Positions 1 through 9,102 of a stretch of DNA of 64,000 nt are shown here, piece by piece. Position 1 is the first letter of the stretch, and every line of letters starts with the position of its first letter. The notes beneath the pieces are model-generated. The model did no database searches and was not told the origin of the DNA. It saw only the letters and a list, made by a program, of their open reading frames with translations. Source of the DNA: an uncultured Candidatus Saccharibacteria bacterium (lineage in GTDB: Bacteria > Patescibacteriota > Minisyncoccia > Phycocordibacterales > PALSA-1337); NCBI GenBank assembly GCA_964561875.1, contig CAZLQL010000003.1:5822-69821 (forward strand). The letters run 5' to 3'. The position numbers and the translations under genes were made by a program.

Positions 1-7
1 TAGGTAG

Positions 8-1354
8 GTGAACTACAAAGAATACTTCAAAGATAAGAATATAGCCATAATAGGCTTAGGTTTGTATGGGGAAATGGTTCCTGATATAAAGTTCCTTAAA
101 AATCTAAAATCAAATATAACGATTTTTGATACAAGGAGTAAATCTAAAATCGAATCCTTCATAAAGAAATTGGGTCCAAAATATAGTGATTCAGTAAAGA
201 TAGGTAAGATAAACCCTGATGATTTGATAGATAAAGATCTGATTATATTATCCTCAGATATTCACCCAAAATCTCTTTTCTTAAAAAAGGCAAAAGAAGC
301 AAATATTCCTATAGAATATCAAGAGATTGTGTTTTTGAAATTTTCTCCAAATATAACCCTTATTGGTATTGCTGGATCTTATGGAAAAACCATGATTTCA
401 AAATTGATTTATTCTATATTTAAAAATGATCCAAAGAGCATATCTCCACAAAATTTCTATGCTATAGATCATGAGTCAAACAGTGGGTATATTTCAAATC
501 TAAAAAAGATTAAAGCAGGAGATATTGTTATATCTGAAATACCTGAATACATGATAAATGAGTATAAAAATGCAAACATAAATCCACATATTGCAGTTAT
601 AACATCTCTAACATCATTGGGTAACGGTGGTGACAATGAAGTCTTTAGTTTACTTGAAAGACAAACATACAATAACTTTATTATTGCCCCAGATAGTGTG
701 ATTGATGTTCTTAGACATAGATTTGGTTTTACTGCTAGAGCAAAAATATTTAGAACTAGAAAAGGTCTCATACCTGCCAATTGGAAAGTTAATATACAGT
801 ATTCACAATACAAAGAGAGTGCTTCGCTAGCCTTACAAGTAAGTGAAATATTTAAGATTGATAGAGATATAGCTCAAGGTGTTATAGAGGGTTTTAAGGG
901 TATAAAAGGTCATATGGAGCTAGTTAGATCCATAAGAGGGGTGGATTATTATAATGATGCCGGTTCGACTAGTCCTGAGGCTACTAGGTCTGCAATTATA
1001 AACTTATCAAAAGACAATACTAATCCAGAAGATAAAAATATTATATTGATAATCGGTGGGGCTTACACTGGTTATGAGTATCAGTCACTTATAGAGAGTA
1101 TAGGTCAAAATGTAAGATTTGTAATATGCTTACCAGGTAGCGGAACTGTTGGTTTTAGGAATCAATTACTCTCGTTAAAAAATGTTGATTTTAAACAGGT
1201 GTTAGATTTAAGGGAAGCACTTACTTGTGCAAAAGAAAATTCTAAAAAGGGTGATAAAGTAATATTTAGTCCCGCTTGTATTGCACTTGGTGTATTTGAA
1301 AATAGATTAGATAGAATTGATAAATTTGCAAAACTTGTTAAGGGTTTGAAATAA
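8..1354 (+). CDS. murD: UDP-N-acetylmuramoylalanine--D-glutamate ligase (MurD-like Mur ligase)
   Basis: GTG start. N-terminal IAIIGLGLYG Rossmann-like segment followed by Mur-ligase ATP-binding loop GIAGSYGKT. 448 aa, typical for MurD. Confidence 0.7.
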   Translation: MNYKEYFKDKNIAIIGLGLYGEMVPDIKFLKNLKSNITIFDTRSKSKIESFIKKLGPKYSDSVKIGKINPDDLIDKDLIILSSDIHPKSLFLKKAKEANIPIEYQEIVFLKFSPNITLIGIAGSYGKTMISKLIYSIFKNDPKSISPQNFYAIDHESNSGYISNLKKIKAGDIVISEIPEYMINEYKNANINPHIAVITSLTSLGNGGDNEVFSLLERQTYNNFIIAPDSVIDVLRHRFGFTARAKIFRTRKGLIPANWKVNIQYSQYKESASLALQVSEIFKIDRDIAQGVIEGFKGIKGHMELVRSIRGVDYYNDAGSTSPEATRSAIINLSKDNTNPEDKNIILIIGGAYTGYEYQSLIESIGQNVRFVICLPGSGTVGFRNQLLSLKNVDFKQVLDLREALTCAKENSKKGDKVIFSPACIALGVFENRLDRIDKFAKLVKGLK

Positions 1355-2242
1355 CTATATACCACAGATAATACACACATTTGTACCAGATAGTTTTCTT
1401 GTATAAGAATCTTTTATAAGTCCGACAATAGATAAAACACCATTCGGAGATATATCCATACCAGTATTGTTCTTAACAATATCCATGGCGTTTAAAATTT
1501 CTTCATTTGTCGCTATAAAACATTTACTACCAGAATCTTTTATAAGTTTTAATAGTGCCTCTTTTCTAAAAGCGGTTTTATCGACTATTGCATCGGCAAC
1601 AGATATCTCATTTTTTGGAATGTCTTCTGTTATGTTGTCGACCATATAGTGACATGATGATGTTTGTATAATATTTACTTCTATATCTTTTTTATTTTTA
1701 ATAAAATATTCAAGTAGTGCTTGTGCTGTTGTTCCAGATGATGAACCTATATAAACTCTTTTTACACCAGGAATATCTATTATCTCTTTTGCTAAACTCT
1801 CATAACCCAATAGGGCATTGTCATCGGTAGATTGTCTTAAACCTTTTATACTCTCATCTTTTGTTCTTTCAAACAAAGACTGTAAAGGTTTTTCAACTTG
1901 ATTTAATCTTATATTTTCATCTATCAAATCATTTATCTTTTTTAATTTTATTTTATTTACTTTATTACCAACTAAAATTTCTAGCTTTATTTTATCTTCT
2001 CTTTTTTCATTTATCCCTTTTATATATAGCCCCGCAGCCAAACCAGCGTTTCCAGATGATGATATAACAAACTCCTTTATACCTTGTTCCAAGTATATAT
2101 CTATCATTTTAGGTATAGATCTACCTTTGTGTGAACCGTAGACATGCTTATCCTCTCTTTTTAGCACTACATTTTTAACCTCTAAAATTTCATTTAGAGC
2201 CGGGTATTCTTCGTTTGGAGTTGTAACTTTATCTATATGCAT
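1355..2242 (-). CDS. PLP-dependent enzyme, fold type II (cysteine synthase / threonine synthase family)
   Basis: KREDKHVYGSHKGRS corresponds to the PLP-lysine motif (xNPTGSxKDR). ISSSGNAGLAAG matches the glycine-rich phosphate-binding loop SSGNTG of CysK/CBS-type enzymes. 295 aa. Confidence 0.6.
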   Translation of the reverse strand: MHIDKVTTPNEEYPALNEILEVKNVVLKREDKHVYGSHKGRSIPKMIDIYLEQGIKEFVISSSGNAGLAAGLYIKGINEKREDKIKLEILVGNKVNKIKLKKINDLIDENIRLNQVEKPLQSLFERTKDESIKGLRQSTDDNALLGYESLAKEIIDIPGVKRVYIGSSSGTTAQALLEYFIKNKKDIEVNIIQTSSCHYMVDNITEDIPKNEISVADAIVDKTAFRKEALLKLIKDSGSKCFIATNEEILNAMDIVKNNTGMDISPNGVLSIVGLIKDSYTRKLSGTNVCIICGI

Positions 2243-2291
2243 ATTGATATACTACACTCTTTTGTGTACTATTAGAAGTATACAGAAATAT

Positions 2292-2456
2292 ATGAAATCA
2301 ATTTGTCCAGAATGTAAAAACAACATAGATTTATCAAGATACACAAATATCAAAGAGGGTATGGTTATTGAATGTAATCACTGCGGTATTACTCTACTTA
2401 TAAAAAATATAAAAGACAACGTTATCGGTACAGATATAGTTGATGAAGGTAAATAA
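2292..2456 (+). CDS. Small zinc-ribbon protein (CPEC...CNHCG), LysW-like layout, 54 aa
   Basis: The track ORF starts at 2244; the internal in-frame ATG at 2292 gives MKSICPECKNN...VIECNHCGITLLIK. Two CxxC pairs with the same spacing pattern as amino-group carrier LysW, but the C-terminus is DIVDEGK rather than EDWGE. Confidence 0.35.
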   Translation: MKSICPECKNNIDLSRYTNIKEGMVIECNHCGITLLIKNIKDNVIGTDIVDEGK

Positions 2457-2460
2457 CTAT

Positions 2461-3855
2461 TTATTTACTTAGTTTTTGAACTGTTTCTTCTATCATTCCT
2501 CTGAATCCATGTGACCCAAGAAAGGCAATTACATCGCCTTTTTTTGTGTTGTCTATAAGGAAGTTTACTAATTCATCGTCATTATCAATATATTTTGTAT
2601 TCTTATGAGTCTTTGAAATGGTCTCAGACAATTCGTTTCCTTCCATTGGTTTTTCGGCACCATCTTCACTTATTTTAAGTTTTGAAAGTCTGGGTATTAT
2701 CACAATATCTGCACTATCAAATGCATTGTCATAAAGTGCGCTTGTATTTCTTTCTCTACCACCAATGTTTGGCTCAAATATGGTTATTATTTTGCCTTCA
2801 TATATAGATCTTAAACTGTTCAAAACAGATATTGCTTTTTCTCCAGAATGGGCAATATCATCGAAAACCTTTATATCTCCATCAAGTCTTTTTTCAAGTC
2901 TTCTCTTCATTCCTTTAAATTTTGCAATAGATTTTATTATTTTCTCAGGATTTATACCTATACTATTTGCCATAGCAAAAGCACCTGCTATATTTTCTGC
3001 TTGGAAACTACCAAGAAGATTTGATTGGATTTTGTATGTTTCGCCATTATTTTCAATATCAAAGACTAGACCTTCTTTTGTTTGTTTTATGTTTTTGTAT
3101 ATATAATCAGCATTTTCTTTACCATAAAATATTGCATTTTTAATTACTTTCTTTATACCCTCATTGTCTTTATTGGCTACAATTATTCCATCTTTGGGTA
3201 TGCTGTCTATTAACTTTCTAAATACTTCAAAATAGCTTTCTTCGGTAGGGTATAGATCTGCATGATCCCAAGATATTGCAGTTAGTAATAAGTGATTTGG
3301 TTTATAATAGTAAAATTTTGGTTTATTATCCCAAATAGCAGTTTTGTATTCATCACCTTCAACCACACTTATATTTGAATCAGATATCATTCCTGATTTA
3401 TGAGATAAAGAAACTCCCCCTGTAAAATAACTTGGTTTCAAATCGTTATCTATTAAAATAAAAGATAGAAGAGAAGAAATTGTAGTTTTACCCCATGTTC
3501 CCGTTACTACAATCGATTTATCCTTAACCACATATCTACCTATTGCTTCTGCAAAAGATAGTACTTCTATACCTTTTTCTTTTGCATATATTATTTCTGG
3601 ATTATTTAGACTAGTACCGCTTCCACCTGCGATTATTACTTCTGGTTCGCCTATATTTTCTGGGTGCCATCCAGCATAAAATTCTACTCCATTTTTTTCT
3701 AGATCAGTAGATACAGGAGGGAAGAAACCCTTATCTGAGCCTGTGATTTTATATCCATGGTCTTTTAGAGCTATAGCCAAAGCGCTAGTAGCTACACCAC
3801 AAATACCAACAAAATGAATATGAGTTTTTTTATGATTCATTCTGATATTATACAT
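2461..3855 (-). CDS. murC: Mur ligase, MurC/Mpl family (UDP-N-acetylmuramate--L-alanine ligase or murein tripeptide ligase)
   Basis: N-terminus HIHFVGICGVATSALAIAL...GYKITGSD...FFPPVSTDLEKNGVEF (the YPPMS-like segment is closest to Mpl). ATP-binding loop VTGTWGKTT. 464 aa. Confidence 0.8.
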   Translation of the reverse strand: MYNIRMNHKKTHIHFVGICGVATSALAIALKDHGYKITGSDKGFFPPVSTDLEKNGVEFYAGWHPENIGEPEVIIAGGSGTSLNNPEIIYAKEKGIEVLSFAEAIGRYVVKDKSIVVTGTWGKTTISSLLSFILIDNDLKPSYFTGGVSLSHKSGMISDSNISVVEGDEYKTAIWDNKPKFYYYKPNHLLLTAISWDHADLYPTEESYFEVFRKLIDSIPKDGIIVANKDNEGIKKVIKNAIFYGKENADYIYKNIKQTKEGLVFDIENNGETYKIQSNLLGSFQAENIAGAFAMANSIGINPEKIIKSIAKFKGMKRRLEKRLDGDIKVFDDIAHSGEKAISVLNSLRSIYEGKIITIFEPNIGGRERNTSALYDNAFDSADIVIIPRLSKLKISEDGAEKPMEGNELSETISKTHKNTKYIDNDDELVNFLIDNTKKGDVIAFLGSHGFRGMIEETVQKLSK

Positions 3856-4516
3856 TAACTAATAATTCTTTTACTTCATCGATATCGGTCTTCCATTCTT
3901 TTCCATCAAACCACTCAATACCTTCAAATTGCAATTTGTATACATCACCAGGTCTTTGTAGGGAGCCAAGATAAACATATTTATAATTGTTTTCTTTCGC
4001 AAAGTTTATAGTTTTTGTCATCATTATAAGACCCATATCTTTTATAGATTTTTCTATATCATAAAATGGATAACAATAATGAATCATTTCATTATTTTTA
4101 AATGATATAGCATATCCAGTATTGGAAATATTATCTGAAAAGTTAAATAGTGTATTAAAATTATCTTTTGTTGTGATCAATTCCTTTATCTTATTTGCAG
4201 AAAAAGCACCGTTTGCTTTTTTATCATAAAAATCTTTTGCCATTTTTCCTATATTCCAATCATAACCTAAGTATGGAATCTCAATAATTTTTAATGATAT
4301 ATTTTCTCCTTTTCTTAATATCCTTCGATTTTCACTTGTTAGATTAAATTTAGATATATTTATTCTTACAGATCTAGTCTGGTGCATCACACCTTTATCG
4401 ATACGAGTAAATACGTATCCTTCATTATAAAGTTTATTTATATCATGTTTATCACCAATCTTTTTTTCGTCCCAGTGTAAATATTCCATATTAGTGAAGT
4501 GCAAGCCAGAAACCAA
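3848..4516 (-). CDS. Aminoacyl-tRNA--protein transferase homologue (Bpt / ATE family, GNAT-like fold)
   Basis: N-terminal EGYVFTRID...RSVRINISKFNLTSENRRILRK resembles the ATE_N block GFRRSG...VRIPVxxFxxSxSQRR. C-terminal GYAISF..HYCYPFYD and YKYVYLGSL..YKLQFEGIEW resemble the ATE_C blocks LSAVYFFYDP and YLYLGYWI..YK..F.P.E. Overlaps murC by 8 nt and mraY by 26 nt. Confidence 0.45.
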   Translation of the reverse strand: MVSGLHFTNMEYLHWDEKKIGDKHDINKLYNEGYVFTRIDKGVMHQTRSVRINISKFNLTSENRRILRKGENISLKIIEIPYLGYDWNIGKMAKDFYDKKANGAFSANKIKELITTKDNFNTLFNFSDNISNTGYAISFKNNEMIHYCYPFYDIEKSIKDMGLIMMTKTINFAKENNYKYVYLGSLQRPGDVYKLQFEGIEWFDGKEWKTDIDEVKELLVNV

Positions 4517-5618
4517 AAACTACAAATATAAAGTGCAATATCCAAAATCTCATAATAGTTTTTTCTTCGCTCCATCCTATCATTTCAAAATGGTGGTGTA
4601 GTGGAGCCATACGGAATATTCTTCTGCCCAGTATGTATTTTCCAGCAATTTGAATAAGAACTGATATGGCTTCTATGTAGAACATAAAACCTAAGAAAAA
4701 TAGGGTACTTATTTCACCAATTGCAAGAGTGTTTACAGCAAGCAAAGCCCCCAATCCCAAAGATCCTACATCTCCCATCATAAATCTGGCTGGTTTAATA
4801 TTGAAATATGTATATGAGACCAAAGCTCCAACTGCAGTGGCATTCAATACTGCAATTTCTCCAAAACCATTTATCCAAGACAATAGTGTTAGTACTGAAA
4901 AAGTAGGTATCATCATACCTCCTGCCAATCCATCCATTCCATCAGCTATATTCACCGCATTTGCTGTAAACATAACTATGAATATTATTATCGGTATAAT
5001 GAACCAACCTGCAAAAACTTCATAACCAAAAGGGAAGTATATATAGTGCCAAGCTGGACCTAGTTTGTCATATACCCACCAAGCAGTTATAGATCCAGCT
5101 ATAAACTGAAGTACTAGCTTTTCATGAACAGCAATACCTTTTACTGTTCTTGATCCTATCCACACAGAAGTTCTTTTAAATATTGACCAAGGTAAAGTTA
5201 TTGCATACCATATTCTCATCTTCATTTCTTTGTGTATCTTGATCAGGTGTATTATATGAGACAATTTTCTTGACCTTCTTTCTGTACCAAATATATTCAT
5301 AAGATCATCTATACCTCCAAGTATTGCTGAAAGTATCATTACTCCTATAGGTACCCAAGTAAAACTTCTAGACCAGTTAAAAAGAATTGTTACTATAGCT
5401 ACAACAACTATAACAAGTAGTCCTCCCATTATTGGAGTGTTATCTTTTCCTTTTCTAGATTCGATTTTACTTAGTTCAATCTTAGGATTTTTTATTATAT
5501 GAAATCTCTTTAGTAAGTGTATGAGTAATGGCGCACATAAAAAAGCTATAGCACAGCTAAATATTGAAAAACCAAGAATATAGCCAAGATCGGCCGTTCC
5601 TTCTAGTATGCTTATCAT
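4491..5618 (-). CDS. mraY: Phospho-N-acetylmuramoyl-pentapeptide transferase
   Basis: Polytopic membrane protein with the MraY signatures NTPIMGGL, MGDVGSLGLGA and RMAPLHHHFE. Confidence 0.92.
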   Translation of the reverse strand: MISILEGTADLGYILGFSIFSCAIAFLCAPLLIHLLKRFHIIKNPKIELSKIESRKGKDNTPIMGGLLVIVVVAIVTILFNWSRSFTWVPIGVMILSAILGGIDDLMNIFGTERRSRKLSHIIHLIKIHKEMKMRIWYAITLPWSIFKRTSVWIGSRTVKGIAVHEKLVLQFIAGSITAWWVYDKLGPAWHYIYFPFGYEVFAGWFIIPIIIFIVMFTANAVNIADGMDGLAGGMMIPTFSVLTLLSWINGFGEIAVLNATAVGALVSYTYFNIKPARFMMGDVGSLGLGALLAVNTLAIGEISTLFFLGFMFYIEAISVLIQIAGKYILGRRIFRMAPLHHHFEMIGWSEEKTIMRFWILHFIFVVFGFWLALH

Positions 5619-5670
5619 AAGCCAATATTAGCTTAAAATAGGCCTTTTTTCAATGTTAATTAATTTTGTT

Positions 5671-6450
5671 TTAGTCTAAGAAATTTAGTCTACGTAGTTC
5701 AGTTACAGAGTTTTTTGCACTACTAAATGTATAGTTATCATCACTTAATTTTTCACTCTCAATCCATCTTTGATCAATGATATTTTTTTCACTGTCGATT
5801 ATCTCTATTATTCCATCTTTGACTCCATGATTGTATTCACCGTGACTTGGCCAAGCTATAGAATGAGTATAGTGAATTTTTATAGGTTTAAAATTCTGAT
5901 ATTCAACCTGATATATTATGAGTATATGATTTCTTTCTCCTAAGCCACTATTTTTTTGCATAGTTATCATATCACCAACTTTTATATCGTTTATTTTTAT
6001 TGTTTTAGAATTTTTATTATTTACAAATGTTTCGACATTTGTATTTTCTACAGGTCTTATCATTGCTCTTAGTTTACCCAATATACCTTTTGAATCAGTA
6101 AATTTTAAATTTTTATCTAAACCTCCTTTATTTAGACTTTGGCTAAGACTATTAAATACATAGTATGCATATCCTGAACAATCAATACCTATGTCATTGT
6201 TTACTAAAAACTTTTTTAAACTATCATTTGTAAATTCATTTGTATCTATTTTTTGAGATATACAAAGTTGTTCTACTTCATCAAATATTTCTTTTGGACT
6301 ACCTTTACCTATTTCAACGCGTAATCTTGCTCTGCCACCTTTATGTTTATTGTTGTAATAGGGAATAGAGCAAATAGCTTTACCAAATTTGAAATTTGTA
6401 TATTGATTTATTACTTCTATTGATTTTTCATTTATAAACTTTGTATTCAT
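5671..6450 (-). CDS. Hypothetical protein with DCSG motif (possible NlpC/P60- or transglutaminase-like cysteine peptidase/amidase)
   Basis: GIDCSGYAYYVF contains the Cys-containing DCSG motif typical of NlpC/P60-type papain-fold enzymes. His-containing segments (HILIIY, HYTHS) lie downstream. No other family recognised. Confidence 0.3.
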   Translation of the reverse strand: MNTKFINEKSIEVINQYTNFKFGKAICSIPYYNNKHKGGRARLRVEIGKGSPKEIFDEVEQLCISQKIDTNEFTNDSLKKFLVNNDIGIDCSGYAYYVFNSLSQSLNKGGLDKNLKFTDSKGILGKLRAMIRPVENTNVETFVNNKNSKTIKINDIKVGDMITMQKNSGLGERNHILIIYQVEYQNFKPIKIHYTHSIAWPSHGEYNHGVKDGIIEIIDSEKNIIDQRWIESEKLSDDNYTFSSAKNSVTELRRLNFLD

Positions 6451-6453
6451 TTT

Positions 6454-7581
6454 TTAAATCAATGATTCCAATATAGCTTTTCCTCTTTTATTAAATTTAT
6501 TATGTGATTCCATTATTCCCATATTTGACTGGATTCTTATTAAATCACTATTTAATTTCGTATTGTTGTATTTGATTATATTATATCCGAGGTCCTTTAG
6601 AGTATTTGTATCTACAGTAATATCATTCTTTGTAACTCTTTTTACTATTTGAGCCCCGTCATTTATTTCTATGGTGTCTTCATCTATTTCTTCATCTAAA
6701 AGTGACTTTATATGTGCTTCAAATACTGTAATACCTTTAAGACCCTCATTTCTATTTTGGATTTGAAGCTTTGACTCAAATGTTGTAGACGCAGGTTGTC
6801 TAGCATTTATTTCTATTAAGTATATTTTATCTAGTTCTTCATCGTAAATAACATCTATTCCAAACAATCCTTTCCATCCAGAGTTACGCATTTTATCTGC
6901 TACTTTTTTTGATATATTTTGTATTTCTTCTATTTTATTTTCTGTAAGGATTGATGGTGGTACACTCCAATCATTTCCTATTGTACTCATCTGATTGTCG
7001 GTAAAGGGTAGTACACCTGTTATTTGATAGCTTATGTTTCCAAATAAGTTTTTATTTTTCCCCACAATAATGTTTTGTGTAAACATGGGTCCTTTAATGT
7101 ATTTTGTAACTCTAGCTTCTCTATTTGGGAATTTGGCTTTTATTTCGGTAAGATCTTTTTCTTGATTGATTAAAAATGTTCCTTCTCCAGTATGGCTATG
7201 TGCCCACTGAAGTACAAACACTTCTTTTTCCCAGACTATATCTTTTGCCAACTGGATCTTGTGGGGCGGTAAGAATTCTTTTCCTATATCTGATAACCAT
7301 TCTGTTTGAGTAATTTTATTTTCAATCTTCTCTGCAAGTTCTGCACTTGGGTTTAGTAAATTAATATCATTTTCTTTTGCAATATTTTCAATCTGAATAT
7401 TATTTTTAAATACCAAGACTGAAAGTTTTTCTTTTTTAATATTGTCTAGTGTAGATTTTTCTGATATCAAGGAAAGTGTATCTTTTTCACCATGTTCAGA
7501 AAGTATTGAATAAAATTCATTTTCAGGCATAGAATCCGCCCTCTCTCTATCTCTTGTTATGTATAGTATTTTCTTTTTCAT
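6454..7581 (-). CDS. ATP-grasp domain protein (Ddl-/RimK-like ligase of unknown substrate)
   Basis: C-terminal GLFGIDVIYDEELDKIYLIEINARQPAST matches the ATP-grasp Mg/ATP-binding core (E-x-N). Upstream WAHSHTGEGTFLI is a P-loop-like segment. The N-terminal 100 aa do not match canonical Ddl. Confidence 0.6.
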   Translation of the reverse strand: MKKKILYITRDRERADSMPENEFYSILSEHGEKDTLSLISEKSTLDNIKKEKLSVLVFKNNIQIENIAKENDINLLNPSAELAEKIENKITQTEWLSDIGKEFLPPHKIQLAKDIVWEKEVFVLQWAHSHTGEGTFLINQEKDLTEIKAKFPNREARVTKYIKGPMFTQNIIVGKNKNLFGNISYQITGVLPFTDNQMSTIGNDWSVPPSILTENKIEEIQNISKKVADKMRNSGWKGLFGIDVIYDEELDKIYLIEINARQPASTTFESKLQIQNRNEGLKGITVFEAHIKSLLDEEIDEDTIEINDGAQIVKRVTKNDITVDTNTLKDLGYNIIKYNNTKLNSDLIRIQSNMGIMESHNKFNKRGKAILESLI

Positions 7582-7616
7582 TTTATTTAAAACACTATAC
7601 CATATTATGAAATACC

Positions 7617-7853
7617 GTGTATAATAGACTCACATTAGTTTTTTATTTAAATTTTATGTCAAAAAGACAATTACTTTCTCTTATAGGTGTTTGGAATATA
7701 TTCTTTCTTTTTTTAGGTATACCTACTGCTTGGGATAAAATACTTTCAATTTTAGTCGGTATTATCATTATTGTGATTGCTTACAGGTTGCCCTATGAAG
7801 AGAAGAATAAAATAGCCACTGACAAAGAAGAGACATTCATAGAAAATAAATAA
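7617..7853 (+). CDS. Small hypothetical membrane protein
   Basis: 78-aa ORF with two hydrophobic helices immediately upstream of the next + strand gene. Confidence 0.3.
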   Translation: MYNRLTLVFYLNFMSKRQLLSLIGVWNIFFLFLGIPTAWDKILSILVGIIIIVIAYRLPYEEKNKIATDKEETFIENK

Positions 7854-7858
7854 TATAA

Positions 7859-9034
7859 ATGATTCCGAAAGTTCTTTACAAAAACAGTTTAATTGCAAGT
7901 AGTACAGTAGCTGTTATTGTAATAATTTTATTTTTTATAAATAAAATACCTTTTACATATCAGGCATACACTAGCGCTGTAGATGATGGAGTGTCTTCCA
8001 CTACAATATTACTCAATAGACGTATTCCAAGACATGTAAAGACACCAGAACCACTAAAAGCTATTTATATGACTAGTTGGGTTGCTGGTAGTGAAAGGTT
8101 GAGAAGTAAACTTATTGATTTTATTGATACTTCTGAATTGAATGCAGTAGTTATAGATATAAAGGACTATACCGGTCGTATTTCTTTTGAAGTAAATGAT
8201 GAGAAGTTAAAAGAGGTTGGATCAGTTGAAAAAAGAATTACTGATATAGATGAATTAATCGAGAGATTGCATGATAAAGGTATATATGTAATTGGTAGAA
8301 TATCTTGTTTTCAAGATTCTTATTTTGTAAAAAGATATCCTCAATATGCAGTAAAGACAAAAAGCGGGGAAGTTTGGAAAGATTATAAAGGTATAAGTTG
8401 GCTTGATGCTGGAGCTGTACCCGTATGGGATTATTTGGTAAATATTGGAAATGAAGCATATAAAATAGGCTTCGATGAATTAAATTTTGATTATATTAGA
8501 TTTCCTTCAGATGGAAATATGAATGATATTTCATATTCATATGCAAATGGAAGATCAAAACCAGATGTATTAAAAGATTTTTTTGCACATTTAGATAAAG
8601 AATTTAGAAATAAAGATATACCAATATCAGCAGATTTGTTTGGTATGACAACTTCAAATAATGATGACTTGGGTATAGGGCAGATACTTGGAAATGCCCT
8701 TATACATTTTGATTATGTTGCGCCTATGATTTATCCATCTCACTACCCACCAAATTTTAACGGTTGGCCAAATCCTGCAAAAGAACCTTATGCAGTTATA
8801 AAGTTTGCTCTTGAAAAAGGTAAAGAAAAAGCAGATCTTGCTAGTACTAGTCCAAATAAGCTGAGACCTTGGTTACAAGATTTCGGTATAAATGGGGTGA
8901 CTTATACTCCTGATATGGTACGTACACAGATACAAGCTACTTATGATGTTGGGCTTACTAGTTGGATGATGTGGAATGCTTCAAATGTATATTCTACTTC
9001 TGCTTATAAAACTGAATTAAATAATAAAAAATAA
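7859..9034 (+). CDS. Membrane-anchored putative glycoside hydrolase-like TIM-barrel protein (DUF4015/YngK-like)
   Basis: N-terminal TM helix. KAIYMTSW...NAVVIDIKDYTG...GIYVIGRISCFQD...FDYIRFP pattern is typical of the GH-like DUF4015 family. Confidence 0.45.
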   Translation: MIPKVLYKNSLIASSTVAVIVIILFFINKIPFTYQAYTSAVDDGVSSTTILLNRRIPRHVKTPEPLKAIYMTSWVAGSERLRSKLIDFIDTSELNAVVIDIKDYTGRISFEVNDEKLKEVGSVEKRITDIDELIERLHDKGIYVIGRISCFQDSYFVKRYPQYAVKTKSGEVWKDYKGISWLDAGAVPVWDYLVNIGNEAYKIGFDELNFDYIRFPSDGNMNDISYSYANGRSKPDVLKDFFAHLDKEFRNKDIPISADLFGMTTSNNDDLGIGQILGNALIHFDYVAPMIYPSHYPPNFNGWPNPAKEPYAVIKFALEKGKEKADLASTSPNKLRPWLQDFGINGVTYTPDMVRTQIQATYDVGLTSWMMWNASNVYSTSAYKTELNNKK

Positions 9035-9102
9035 ATATTTAAATTATCTTTTTATTATATTAAAGAGAAACTATAAAAATCTCCTAGCTTTAAATTTAAA
9101 TA

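Noticed and set aside
2292-2456. Confident call of LysW amino-group carrier protein
   Set aside because: The zinc-ribbon spacing and the 54-aa size match, but the diagnostic C-terminal EDWGE acceptor motif is absent. Kept only as a LysW-like zinc-ribbon protein.
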